Of a stretch of 64,000 nt of DNA, positions 44,084 through 56,588 are shown one piece after another. A model generated the notes under the pieces. It did not search any database, had not been told where the DNA came from, and saw nothing but the letters and a program-made list of their open reading frames with translations. Source of the DNA: an uncultured Gammaproteobacteria bacterium (GTDB lineage: Bacteria > Pseudomonadota > Gammaproteobacteria > SURF-13); the NCBI GenBank assembly GCA_947085325.1, contig CAMTVY010000011.1:14629-78628 (forward strand). Reading direction: 5' to 3'. The position numbers were made by a program, and so were the translations under genes. Every line of letters starts with the position of its first letter. Within the stretch, counting starts at the first letter, position 1.

Positions 44084-45144
44084 TGCAGGCCGATCACAGT
44101 GCTGCACTGCAAGCCGTGGTGCGCGCGGCCATCGCAGACAAAACTCCGCTGCGCATCATCGGCGGCAACAGCAAGCAATTTTATGGGCGCATGACCACAG
44201 GCACACCGCTCCCGGTGGCAGAACACCGTGGCATCGTGCACTACGAACCCAGCGAACTCATCATCACCGCACGTGCGGGCACGCCACTGGCGGAGATCGA
44301 GGCGGCATTGGCTGCGCACAACCAGATGCTGCCGTTTGAGCCGCCGCACTTCGGCCCGACGGCCACACTCGGCGGCACCATTGCCTGCGGCATATCCGGC
44401 CCACGACGCCCGTATACCGGCGCAGTGCGGGATTTTGTGCTGGGCGTGAGACTGATCAATGGCCGTGGCGAGCTGGTGAAATTCGGCGGCGAAGTCATGA
44501 AAAACGTGGCGGGCTTTGATGTGTCACGCTTGATGACAGGGGCACTCGGCACCCTCGGCCCGCTGCTTGAGGTTTCACTCAAGGTGCTGCCCAGGCCTCA
44601 GCATGAGATCACACTCACCTTCACCTGCACGGCCCGGCAGGCGCTCGCCCGGATCAGAGACTGGAGCGCCCAACCCGTGCCGCTCTCGGGTGCCTGTCAC
44701 GACGGTACCCGTCTGTATGTGCGCCTTTCCGGCAGCAGCAGCGGCGTCACCGCCTGCCAGCGCAAAATCGGCGGCGATGCACTGCCCGATGACAACCAGT
44801 TCTGGCACAAATTACGCGAACACCAGCACGACTTCTTCAGGGACGACGGGCTGCTCTGGCGTCTTTCCGTACCGCCTGCGGCGCCGCTGCTGAACCTGCC
44901 CGGCCAGTCGTACCTGGACTGGGGCGGAGCATTGCGCTGGCTGAAAAACCCGTTGCCCGCAGATGTGATACGCGCCAGCGCGGCCAAACTCGGCGGCCAT
45001 GCCACCCTGTTTCGCGGTGGCGAGCGTACGGGCTCGATGTTTCATCCGCTGCCGCCTGCGCTGCTGGCCCTGCACAAGCGCCTTAAAAGTTCGTTTGATC
45101 CCCACGGCATTTTCAACCCTGGCCAGCTTTATCCGGAATTCTGA
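44083..45144 (+). CDS. glcE: glycolate oxidase FAD-binding subunit GlcE
   Basis: 353 aa. FAD-binding type 4 fold. Start overlaps the glcD stop (ATGA). Confidence 0.9.
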   Translation: MQADHSAALQAVVRAAIADKTPLRIIGGNSKQFYGRMTTGTPLPVAEHRGIVHYEPSELIITARAGTPLAEIEAALAAHNQMLPFEPPHFGPTATLGGTIACGISGPRRPYTGAVRDFVLGVRLINGRGELVKFGGEVMKNVAGFDVSRLMTGALGTLGPLLEVSLKVLPRPQHEITLTFTCTARQALARIRDWSAQPVPLSGACHDGTRLYVRLSGSSSGVTACQRKIGGDALPDDNQFWHKLREHQHDFFRDDGLLWRLSVPPAAPLLNLPGQSYLDWGGALRWLKNPLPADVIRASAAKLGGHATLFRGGERTGSMFHPLPPALLALHKRLKSSFDPHGIFNPGQLYPEF

Positions 45145-45146
45145 TC

Positions 45147-46355
45147 GTGCAGACACAACTCAACCCAAGCTTTCTTGAGACCCCACAGGGCAGTGAGGCC
45201 AATGCCATACTGCGTTCCTGCGTGCACTGTGGATTTTGCAACGCGACCTGTCCGACCTATCAGTTGCTGGGCGACGAACTGGACGGCCCACGCGGACGCA
45301 TCTATCTGCTCAAATCGCTGTTCGAAGGCGCCCCGGTCACGCGCAAGACCCAAAGCCACATCGACCGTTGCCTCACCTGTCGCGCCTGCGAAACCACCTG
45401 CCCCTCCGGCGTCCAATATGGGCGTTTGGCAGATATCGGCCGCGCGGTTCTCGAACACCGCGTGCAACGGCCCTGGCGCGAGCGCCTGCAGCGCCGCCTG
45501 CTGCGCCTGATCCTGACACACACCGCGCGCACAGCACTGCTGCTGTATTTCGCACGCTGGCTCAAACCATTGTTGCCCGCAGCCATGCGCCGGACAATTC
45601 CGCTACGCCAAAAATCCAGGTCATGGCCCGCCACGCAACATCAGCGACGCATGCTGCTATTGGACGGCTGCGTACAACCCGCCCTTTCCCCCAACATCAA
45701 CGCCGCCGCCGCACGCGTGCTGGACAGGCTCGGCATCAGCCTGGTGCGACTACAGAACGCCGGCTGTTGCGGCGCCATCAGCCACCACCTCGGCGCAGAC
45801 AATGAAGGATTGAATTTCATGCGCCGCAACATCACCGCCTGGTGGCCGCACATTGAAAGCGGCGCCGAGGCCATTGTGATTACCGCCAGCGGCTGCGGCA
45901 GTCTGATAAAAGAATATGGCCATTTACTGCGGCACGACCCGGAATATGCGCACAAGGCCGCGCGCATCTCATCCCTGACAAGGGACATCAGCGAAATACT
46001 GACGCAGGAGGATACCGGCACGCTCAAACCCGCCACCGCCAAAAAGATTGCCTGCCACACGCCCTGCTCATTGCAGCACGCGCAGAAACTGCCGGATGCC
46101 GTGGCAAATGTCCTGGGTAAACTGGGCTTCGATCTGACAGACGTCCCCGATGCACACCTGTGCTGCGGCTCGGCTGGCACCTACTCCATATTACAACCGG
46201 CGCTGGCGCAAGAGCTGTTGCAAAACAAACTTGCCGCCTTGCAGTCCGGCAAACCCGACTGCATTGCCACTGCCAACATCGGTTGCCTCACACACATGCA
46301 GAGCAGCGCGCGTGTGCCGGTGAAACACTGGATTGAGCTGGTCGACGCTGGCTGA
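45147..46355 (+). CDS. glcF: glycolate oxidase iron-sulfur subunit GlcF
   Basis: 402 aa. Two ferredoxin-type clusters (CVHCGFCNATCP and CLTCRACETTCP) plus CCG domains. Confidence 0.92.
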   Translation: MQTQLNPSFLETPQGSEANAILRSCVHCGFCNATCPTYQLLGDELDGPRGRIYLLKSLFEGAPVTRKTQSHIDRCLTCRACETTCPSGVQYGRLADIGRAVLEHRVQRPWRERLQRRLLRLILTHTARTALLLYFARWLKPLLPAAMRRTIPLRQKSRSWPATQHQRRMLLLDGCVQPALSPNINAAAARVLDRLGISLVRLQNAGCCGAISHHLGADNEGLNFMRRNITAWWPHIESGAEAIVITASGCGSLIKEYGHLLRHDPEYAHKAARISSLTRDISEILTQEDTGTLKPATAKKIACHTPCSLQHAQKLPDAVANVLGKLGFDLTDVPDAHLCCGSAGTYSILQPALAQELLQNKLAALQSGKPDCIATANIGCLTHMQSSARVPVKHWIELVDAG

Positions 46356-46431
46356 GGTGGCTATCCCCGGCTTTTCCTATATCATGCACGTCTTAACAAT
46401 AACTGCCAATTCTGCCTAGAGATTGCGACCC

Positions 46432-47613
46432 ATGCCTGCACTTTTTAAATCCTTCCACCCCCCCAAACGTACACTGATGGGCCCCGGCCCCTCCGATGTG
46501 AATCCGCGCATTCTAGAGGCGATGTCCCGCCCCACCATCGGCCATCTTGACCCCGTGTTCGTGTCGATGATGGATGAGATGAAGACACTGTTGCAGTATG
46601 CGTTTCAGACCAAAAATCCGCTGACCCTGCCGGTGTCGGCCCCCGGTTCGGCCGGCATGGAGATGTGCTTCGTCAATCTCGTGGAGCCCGGCGACAAGGT
46701 CGTCATCTGCCAGAACGGCGTGTTCGGCGGGCGCATGAAGGAAAACGTGGAGCGCTGCGGCGCCACGCCCGTGATGGTGGAAGACGCCTGGGGCAGCGCG
46801 GTAGACGCCAACAAGCTGGAAGACGCCCTCAAGAGCAATCCCGACACCAAGGTAGTCGCCTTCGTGCACGCGGAAACCTCCACTGGCGCACTGTCGGACG
46901 TGAAGACGCTGGTCGACATCGCGCACCGTTACGGCTGCCTTGCCATCGTGGATGCCGTCACCTCGCTCGGCGGCTCGGCGCTGAAGGTAGACGACTGGGG
47001 GGTTGACGCGATTTACTCCGGTTCGCAGAAGTGTTTGTCCTGCACGCCGGGCCTGTCACCGGTGAGCTTCAGCGAGCGCGCAGTGGAGAAGGTCAAGGCA
47101 CGCAAAACCAAGGTGCAGAGCTGGTTCCTGGATTTGACGCTGGTGATGGGTTACTGGGGCAGCGGCAAACGCGCCTACCATCACACCGCGCCGATCAATG
47201 CGCTGTACGGCCTGCACGAGGCGCTGGTCATCTTGCAGGAAGAAGGGCTGGAAGCCGCCTGGGCGCGCCACACGCGCAATCATCTGGCGCTGAAGGCGGG
47301 TGCTGAAGCGATGGACCTGCGCTTCGTCGTAAAAGAAGGCGAACGCCTGCCGCAGCTCAATTCCATTTATATACCGGATGGCGTGGACGACGCCGCAGTG
47401 CGGACAGCGCTACTGAAGGATTACAACCTTGAGATCGGTGCCGGTCTCGGTGCGATGGCCGGAAAAATCTGGCGCATCGGCCTCATGGGCTATGCCAGCA
47501 ATCCCACCAATGTGCTGTTTTGCCTGGGTGCCCTGGAAGAAACGCTGGCCCGCCTGAATGCGCCTATCACGCGCGGCGCAGCCGTGGCCACGGCGCAGCG
47601 GGCGCTGGCTTAA
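46432..47613 (+). CDS. class-V aminotransferase (serine/alanine--glyoxylate aminotransferase type)
   Basis: ORF 46423 (TTG)..47613, with an ATG at 46432. LMGPGPSDVNPRILEAM N-terminus, and the SGSQKCLS pyridoxal-lysine motif. Confidence 0.85.
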   Translation: MPALFKSFHPPKRTLMGPGPSDVNPRILEAMSRPTIGHLDPVFVSMMDEMKTLLQYAFQTKNPLTLPVSAPGSAGMEMCFVNLVEPGDKVVICQNGVFGGRMKENVERCGATPVMVEDAWGSAVDANKLEDALKSNPDTKVVAFVHAETSTGALSDVKTLVDIAHRYGCLAIVDAVTSLGGSALKVDDWGVDAIYSGSQKCLSCTPGLSPVSFSERAVEKVKARKTKVQSWFLDLTLVMGYWGSGKRAYHHTAPINALYGLHEALVILQEEGLEAAWARHTRNHLALKAGAEAMDLRFVVKEGERLPQLNSIYIPDGVDDAAVRTALLKDYNLEIGAGLGAMAGKIWRIGLMGYASNPTNVLFCLGALEETLARLNAPITRGAAVATAQRALA

Positions 47614-47617
47614 GCGA

Positions 47618-48853
47618 TCACACCACGCCCAGCAGCTTTTGCATGCGGCCAAGGGCGTCGCGCAGGTTTTCCATGCTGGTGGCGAACGACAAGCGCATGT
47701 AGCCCGGCGCGCCGAAGGCGGAACCCGGCACCAGCGCAACACCGATTTCGTTCAGCAGAAACTCGGCCAGCGCAATGTCGTCCTTCATCCGCAGATTGTC
47801 GATCACACCCTGCATATTGGGAAATGAGTAAAACGCGCCAGGCGAAGGCAGACACTGCACGCCCTTGATGGCATTCAATGCCTGCCACACGAATGCATGG
47901 CGCTCCCTGAACTGCCGCACCCAGTCTTGCATGAATGACTGGTCGCCCTCCAGCGCCGCCTGCGCCGCCACCTGCGAAATCGAGGCCGGATTGGAGGTGC
48001 TTTGCGACTGGATATTCTTCATCATCGCGATCAGTGGCTTTGGTCCGGCGGCATAGCCGATACGCCAGCCGGTCATGGAGTAGCTCTTGGACACGCCGTT
48101 GATGACGATGGTGCGTGCGGCCAGATCCGGGCAGGCATTGAGGATGTTGCAGAACGGCGTATCGCCCAGCAGGATATGTTCGTAGATATCGTCGCTCGCA
48201 ACCATCACCTGCGGATGGCGGCGCAACACCGCACCCAGCCCCTCCAGTTCGGCGCGCGTATAGGTGGCGCCGGTCGGGTTGGACGGGCTGTTCATCACGA
48301 ACAGCCGCGTGCGCGGCGTGATGGCGGCTTCGAGTTGTTGCGGCGTGATCTTGAACTGCTGCTCGATACCCGCATAGACAATCACCGGCACGCCCTCGGC
48401 CAGCAGCACCATGTCGGGGTAGGATACCCAGTACGGCGCCGGGATGATCACCTCGTCACCGGCGTTGAGCAGGGCCTGCGCGAGATTGTAGAAGCTCTGC
48501 TTGCCGCCCACCGACGCCAGCACCTGGTCGGCGCTGTAGTCAAGCCCGTTCTCACGCCGGAATTTGGCGACTATCGCCTGCTTCAGCCCCGGCGTGCCGT
48601 CTACCGCCGTATACTTGGTAAACCCGGCCTGGATCGCCTTGATCGCCGCTTGCTTGATAGGCTCCGGGGTATCGAAATCGGGCTCGCCCGCGCCCAGACC
48701 GATGATGTCCCTGCCCTGGGCCTTGAGCGCGGCGGCGCGCTCGGTTACGGCGAGCGTAGGTGACGGCTTGATCAGCCGCGCCCGCTTGGAGAGTTGTACG
48801 TCCAAACCAGAATTCCTCACTATCACTAAAGGTTGCAAAATCTGTTTACTCAT
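47618..48853 (-). CDS. class-I pyridoxal-phosphate aminotransferase (aspartate aminotransferase type)
   Basis: ORF 47618..48874, with an ATG at 48853. IKPSPTLAVTERAAALKAQGRDIIGLGAGEPDFDTP and the SKSYSMTGWRIGY lysine motif. Confidence 0.88.
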   Translation of the reverse strand: MSKQILQPLVIVRNSGLDVQLSKRARLIKPSPTLAVTERAAALKAQGRDIIGLGAGEPDFDTPEPIKQAAIKAIQAGFTKYTAVDGTPGLKQAIVAKFRRENGLDYSADQVLASVGGKQSFYNLAQALLNAGDEVIIPAPYWVSYPDMVLLAEGVPVIVYAGIEQQFKITPQQLEAAITPRTRLFVMNSPSNPTGATYTRAELEGLGAVLRRHPQVMVASDDIYEHILLGDTPFCNILNACPDLAARTIVINGVSKSYSMTGWRIGYAAGPKPLIAMMKNIQSQSTSNPASISQVAAQAALEGDQSFMQDWVRQFRERHAFVWQALNAIKGVQCLPSPGAFYSFPNMQGVIDNLRMKDDIALAEFLLNEIGVALVPGSAFGAPGYMRLSFATSMENLRDALGRMQKLLGVV

Positions 48854-48867
48854 ACGCCCATCGGCAA

Positions 48868-49000
48868 ACCGCACTTCCCGCCACGTCCCCGGCCCCTATG
48901 CAGGAGGCGGGACAGGGTAGGGACAGGGGAAACAGCGTACTTACGCAGGCGTCACCAAGTAATGCCACACGCATTACTTTGTGACGCCTGCGTACTATAC
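48868..49000 (+). repeat. two-hairpin repeat element, copy B
   Basis: CCGCCACGTCCCCGGCCCC...GGCGGGACAGGGT followed by the hairpin TACGCAGGCGTCAC (48942-48955) / GTGACGCCTGCGTA (48981-48994). Homologous to the reverse complement of 31861-31995. Confidence 0.8.
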
Positions 49001-49028
49001 TGGATTGCCGTTGCCCCCTGAAAGCCCC

Positions 49029-51062
<2,034 letters not shown>

Positions 51063-51064
51063 CC

Positions 51065-52039
51065 ATGACGCTGTCATCACTGAGATGGTACGACGGGTTA
51101 CGCACGCTGGCCTGCGTACTTGTCATGTCCACGCCTATGTCCGTTGCTGCTGACGACGCGCCACCCCCCGAAGCGGACGGCGCAACAGAGATGGCGGCAG
51201 CGGAGCCTGCTGCGGAAAGCGCGCTGAGCTTCCACGAGACCTATGTCCCCGGCACTATCATGCAGTTCACGCCGGACTATAGCGTCATCGTGCGCAGAAA
51301 AGTGGCCCGGCTGGACACTCCGGTCACGACCGGCGCCAGCGAAGCCGTCAGCGTGCTGGAATTTCTTGATAGCGAAGGCAGGCCGCTGTATGAACAGCGC
51401 TTCCCACTGCGCCTGGATGACACCGGCTTCATCAATCCCTGCGTGCTCGACCTCAGCCAGCGCACACTTGCCGGACGGCCCGTCCTGCTGCTCGAATATG
51501 GCTGCGACCCCACCACCCCCGGCTTTCACAACTACCGCTTCTTCGCCCTCGACAGCCAGCGCCAGTTGCGCCAGGTTGCATCGCCGCTCGACGGCATCAA
51601 CGGCGAGCTCGTCACGCCTGTCACCGGTACACCGCACAGCCGGCACCTGAATGTGCGGCTGTGGACGGGCTACTTCGATCTGGTGATCCCGTTTGTGTTC
51701 GACGCCAAACAGCATGCCCTGACCATCGACTACGGCAAGCAGCGCTATCTTGCCATAGAGCAATATCAGCCCGCGCAACTGCGCCCGCGCCCTGAAGGCA
51801 ACAGCGCAGTGCTGTATGACAAGCCCGCAGGCGCTATCACCGGGACGGTGCAGGCCTCCGCCGACAGCCGGGTAAAATATCTGCGTGCCTATGCCAACGC
51901 AGACCTCGTCACTGACGGCGAGCTGCCCTGGGTGGGTGACATTGGCGCGATGAAATGGCTGGAGATCGACATCGACGGCAAGCGCGGCTGGATCAATCTG
52001 GAGAGCGCTGCACAGCTGGGTTTGCCGGGTTCAGGTTGA
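51065..52039 (+). CDS. hypothetical secreted protein (signal peptide; possible C-terminal SH3b-like module)
   Basis: 324 aa. N-terminal hydrophobic segment LACVLVMSTPMSVAA. No catalytic motif recognised. The C-terminal KWLEIDIDGKRGWINLE resembles bacterial SH3 domains. Confidence 0.6.
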   Translation: MTLSSLRWYDGLRTLACVLVMSTPMSVAADDAPPPEADGATEMAAAEPAAESALSFHETYVPGTIMQFTPDYSVIVRRKVARLDTPVTTGASEAVSVLEFLDSEGRPLYEQRFPLRLDDTGFINPCVLDLSQRTLAGRPVLLLEYGCDPTTPGFHNYRFFALDSQRQLRQVASPLDGINGELVTPVTGTPHSRHLNVRLWTGYFDLVIPFVFDAKQHALTIDYGKQRYLAIEQYQPAQLRPRPEGNSAVLYDKPAGAITGTVQASADSRVKYLRAYANADLVTDGELPWVGDIGAMKWLEIDIDGKRGWINLESAAQLGLPGSG

Positions 52040-52065
52040 ACCCCTGCCCACCCACGTGGTATTTT
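52036..52065 (+). promoter_or_regulatory. candidate promoter of tRNA-Val
   Basis: TTGAAC (52036-52041), 18-nt spacer, TATTTT (52060-52065), then 13 nt to the tRNA 5' end. Confidence 0.35.
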
Positions 52066-52078
52066 ACGCCCTCTTTGC

Positions 52079-52153
52079 AGGCGCGTAGCTCAGTGGTAGA
52101 GCACTACCTTGACATGGTAGTGGTCGGTGGTTCGATCCCACTCGCGCCTACCA
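52079..52153 (+). tRNA. tRNA-Val (anticodon GAC)
   Basis: AGGCGCGTAGCTCAGTGGTAGAGCACTACCTTGACATGGTAGTGGTCGGTGGTTCGATCCCACTCGCGCCTACCA. Cloverleaf, 75 nt. Confidence 0.96.
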
Positions 52154-52272
52154 CTTAAGACAGTTACAAGATGCAAGATATAAGGGAAAAGTAAAAACCG
52201 GCACGGTCAACTTTAGCTTGTGGTTTCTTGTAGCTTGTACCTTTTCTCTTGTACCTTGTATCTGAGTTTATT

Positions 52273-54198
52273 ATGCCCACAATCACCCTTCCCGACGGCA
52301 GTCAGCGCGAATTCCCGCAGCCTGTCAGCATTCAAGACATCGCCGCGTCGATCGGCGCGGGGCTGGCCAAGGCGGCGCTGGCCGCCAAGGTGGACGGCAT
52401 TCTGGTCGATACCTCGCACCTGCTCGACCACGATGCCAGCGTAGCCATTGTTACCGACAAGGGCCCGGAGGCGCTCGATGTGGTGCGCCACTCCACCGCG
52501 CACCTGCTGGCACAGGCGGTGAAGGAGCTGTTTCCCAAGGCGCAGGTGACCATCGGCCCGGTGATTGAAGACGGCTTTTATTACGATTTCGCCTTCGAGC
52601 ACCGCTTTACGCCGGATGACCTCGCTGCCATCGAGGCCAAGATGCAGGAGCTGGCCGCACGCGACCTGCCGGTGTCACGCTCGGTGCTGTCGCGCGAGGA
52701 TGCGATTACCTTTTTCCGTGGTCTGGGCGAGGAATACAAGGCGCAGATCATCGAAGGCATCCCGGCGCAGGAACAGCTGTCGCTGTACAAGCAGGGCGAC
52801 TTTATCGACCTCTGCCGCGGCCCGCACGTACCCGGCACCGGCAAGCTCAAGGCCTTCAAGCTCATGAAGCTGGCCGGGGCCTACTGGCGCGGCGATTCCA
52901 AAAACGAAATGCTGCAGCGCATCTACGGCACCGCCTGGCTCAATGAGAAGGATCTCAAGGCCTATCTGCACCGCCTGGAAGAAGCCGAAAAGCGCGACCA
53001 CCGCAAGCTGGCCAAACAGCTCGGCCTGTTTCACTTTCAGGAAGAAGCGCCGGGCATGGTGTTCTGGCACGACAATGGCTGGCGCATTTATCAAGAGGTC
53101 GAAAACTACATCCGCACGCTGCTGCGCGGGCACGGCTACCAGGAAATCCGCACCCCGCAGGTGGTGGATCGCAGCCTGTGGGAAAAGTCCGGCCACTGGG
53201 ACAAATTCAAGGAGCTGATGTTCACCACCGAGTCGGAGAAGCGCGACTACGCAGTGAAGCCCATGAACTGCCCGTGTCATGTGCAAATCTACAATCAGGG
53301 CCTGAAAAGCTACCGCGACCTGCCCCTGCGCCTGGCCGAGTTCGGCTCCTGCCACCGCAACGAGCCCTCCGGCACACTGCACGGCCTCATGCGTCTGCGC
53401 AATTTCGTGCAGGATGACGCGCACATCTTCTGCACCGAAGCACAAATCCAGGACGAGGTGTCGGCCTTCATCGATCTGCTGTTCGGGGTCTACGCGGACT
53501 TCGGCTTCAAGGATGTCCTCATCAAGCTCTCCACCCGCCCGGCGAACCGCGTGGGCGCGGACGAGGTGTGGGACAAGGCCGAGCATGCGCTGGAGCAGGC
53601 GCTCAACGCCAAGCAGCTGCCCTGGGATCTGCAACCCGGTGAAGGTGCGTTCTACGGCCCCAAGATCGAATTCTCGCTTAAGGACAGCATTGGCCGCGTG
53701 TGGCAGTGCGGCACCATCCAGGTCGATTTCTCCATGCCGGGCCGTCTCGGCGCTCACTATATCGCGGAGGACGGCTCCAAACAGGTGCCGGTGATGCTGC
53801 ACCGCGCCATACTGGGCTCGCTCGAACGTTTCATCGGCATCCTCATCGAAGACAGCGCGGGCAGCCTGCCGCCCTGGCTCGCCCCGGTGCAGGCCGTAGT
53901 CATGAATATCACGGACAATCAAGCAGGTTACGCAAAGAAATGTACGGAAATCCTGCAAAAACAGGGCCTAAGGGTAAAATCGGACTTGAGAAATGAGAAG
54001 ATAGGCTTTAAAATCCGTGAGCACACACTGCAACGCATCCCCTACCTGCTGGTGGCGGGTGACCGCGAAGTGGAAAATAACACTGTGGCCGTGCGCACGC
54101 GAAGCGGTAAAGACCTCGGCGTAATGTCGATCGAGGTCTTTACGGATCGACTCCGATCCAATATCGCGCGCCGCGGTCTTGCAGTTTTGGAGGATTAA
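52273..54198 (+). CDS. thrS: threonine--tRNA ligase
   Basis: ORF 52249..54198. [28 protein letters not shown] (TGS domain) starts at the ATG at 52273. Class II motifs and a C-terminal anticodon-binding domain are present. Confidence 0.97.
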   Translation: MPTITLPDGSQREFPQPVSIQDIAASIGAGLAKAALAAKVDGILVDTSHLLDHDASVAIVTDKGPEALDVVRHSTAHLLAQAVKELFPKAQVTIGPVIEDGFYYDFAFEHRFTPDDLAAIEAKMQELAARDLPVSRSVLSREDAITFFRGLGEEYKAQIIEGIPAQEQLSLYKQGDFIDLCRGPHVPGTGKLKAFKLMKLAGAYWRGDSKNEMLQRIYGTAWLNEKDLKAYLHRLEEAEKRDHRKLAKQLGLFHFQEEAPGMVFWHDNGWRIYQEVENYIRTLLRGHGYQEIRTPQVVDRSLWEKSGHWDKFKELMFTTESEKRDYAVKPMNCPCHVQIYNQGLKSYRDLPLRLAEFGSCHRNEPSGTLHGLMRLRNFVQDDAHIFCTEAQIQDEVSAFIDLLFGVYADFGFKDVLIKLSTRPANRVGADEVWDKAEHALEQALNAKQLPWDLQPGEGAFYGPKIEFSLKDSIGRVWQCGTIQVDFSMPGRLGAHYIAEDGSKQVPVMLHRAILGSLERFIGILIEDSAGSLPPWLAPVQAVVMNITDNQAGYAKKCTEILQKQGLRVKSDLRNEKIGFKIREHTLQRIPYLLVAGDREVENNTVAVRTRSGKDLGVMSIEVFTDRLRSNIARRGLAVLED

Positions 54199-54202
54199 AC
54201 TT

Positions 54203-54718
54203 ATTGCTGCTGACAAAAAGACCCGTCTGAATGACAACATAAGCGCCTCGGAAGTGCGCTTGATCGGGAAAGAGGGAGAACAGATTGGTGTCGTGCCGAT
54301 TGAAGAGGCGCAAAGACTAGCCCTCGAAGACGAACTCGACTTGGTAGAGATCGTGCCCACCGCAGACCCTCCGGTGTGCCGCATCATGAATTACGGCAAA
54401 TTTCTGTTCGAGGAGAACAAGAAGCGTCACTCCGCGAAGAAGAAACAGAAGCAGATTCAGATCAAGGAAGTGAAGTTCCGCCCCGGCACGGAAGAAGGCG
54501 ATTATCAGGTCAAGCTGCGTAACCTGACCCGCTTCCTGCAAGAAGGCGACAAGGCCAAAATCACACTGCGCTATCGCGGGCGTGAAATGGCCCATCAGGA
54601 ACTGGGCGTAAAGTTGCTCAAGCGGATTGAGTCCGATCTGGCAGAAATTGGAGTCGTGGAGCAGTTCCCACGCATGGAAGGGCGCCAGATGATCATGCTG
54701 GTCGGGCCCAAGCGCTAA
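54203..54718 (+). CDS. infC: translation initiation factor IF-3 (probable AUU start)
   Basis: ORF track starts at TTG 54179, inside thrS. An in-frame ATT at 54203 lies 9 nt after GGAGG (54189-54193). IF-3 core [20 protein letters not shown]...[12 protein letters not shown]. Confidence 0.9.
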   Translation: MAADKKTRLNDNISASEVRLIGKEGEQIGVVPIEEAQRLALEDELDLVEIVPTADPPVCRIMNYGKFLFEENKKRHSAKKKQKQIQIKEVKFRPGTEEGDYQVKLRNLTRFLQEGDKAKITLRYRGREMAHQELGVKLLKRIESDLAEIGVVEQFPRMEGRQMIMLVGPKR

Positions 54719-54744
54719 ATTTGAATGTTTAAGGAATCGTAGTC

Positions 54745-54942
54745 ATGCCGAAGATGAAAACCAACAGCGGTGCGGCCAAGCGCTTCAAGCGCACGGCCTC
54801 GGGCGGCTTCAAGCACGGCCAGTCGCACCTGAACCATATCCGTACCAAGAAGAGCACCAAGCGCAAGCGTCACTTGCGCCACAGCAATATGGTAGACAAG
54901 TCGGACGTACCTGGTCTGCGCCGTCTGCTGCCGTTCAGTTAA
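54745..54942 (+). CDS. rpmI: 50S ribosomal protein L35
   Basis: 65 aa. [24 protein letters not shown]. Confidence 0.97.
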   Translation: MPKMKTNSGAAKRFKRTASGGFKHGQSHLNHIRTKKSTKRKRHLRHSNMVDKSDVPGLRRLLPFS

Positions 54943-54961
54943 TAGATAGAGGTTATACGTC

Positions 54962-55324
54962 ATGCCAAGAGTAAAACGCGGCGTCACCGCCGGTCGCCGA
55001 CACAAGAAAGTTCTTGATCAAGCCAAGGGCTACTACGGCGCACGCAGCAAAATCTACCGCGTTGCCAAGCAGGCCGTCATCAAGGCCGGCCAATACGCCT
55101 ACATCGGTCGCAAGCAGCGCAAGCGTCAGTTCCGCGCGCTCTGGATCACGCGCATCAACGCCGCTGCACGTGAGTGCGGTTTGTCCTACAGCCTGTTCAT
55201 CAATGGCCTGACCAAGGCCTTGATCAACCTCGACCGCAAGGTGCTGGCCGACATCGCAGTACACGACAAGCCCGCGTTTGCAGCGCTGGCGGAGAAGGCC
55301 AAGGCCCACACCCTGTCGCACTGA
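54962..55324 (+). CDS. rplT: 50S ribosomal protein L20
   Basis: 120 aa. [29 protein letters not shown]. Confidence 0.97.
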   Translation: MPRVKRGVTAGRRHKKVLDQAKGYYGARSKIYRVAKQAVIKAGQYAYIGRKQRKRQFRALWITRINAAARECGLSYSLFINGLTKALINLDRKVLADIAVHDKPAFAALAEKAKAHTLSH

Positions 55325-55352
55325 GCGCCACGTAGCAGTACCGTGTCAGATA

Positions 55353-56454
<1,102 letters not shown>

Positions 56455-56461
56455 AACCACT

Positions 56462-56573
56462 TAACGCAAAGACGCCCAGACGCCCAGACGCAAACAACAT
56501 GAACGCACACACAGCCAGCCCGCTCAGCTTTTATTTTTCATGGCGTACTTTGCGTCTCTGCGTCTTCGCGTTA
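56462..56573. repeat. octamer-array inverted repeat (REP-like hairpin), copy 4
   Basis: Left arm TAACGCAAAGACGCCCAGACGCCCAGACGCAAAC, right arm CTTTGCGTCTCTGCGTCTTCGCGTTA. The arms differ by one octamer unit. Lies in the pheS-pheT spacer. Confidence 0.8.
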
Positions 56574-56588
56574 GGCCTTTATTAAATC

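Noticed and set aside
48875-49028. A LexA (SOS) box upstream of uvrB.
   Set aside because: I looked for CTGT-N8-ACAG. The nearest candidates (CTGTTTACTCATACGC at 48842, and ACTATACTGG near 48993) lack the second half-site, so no convincing box is present.
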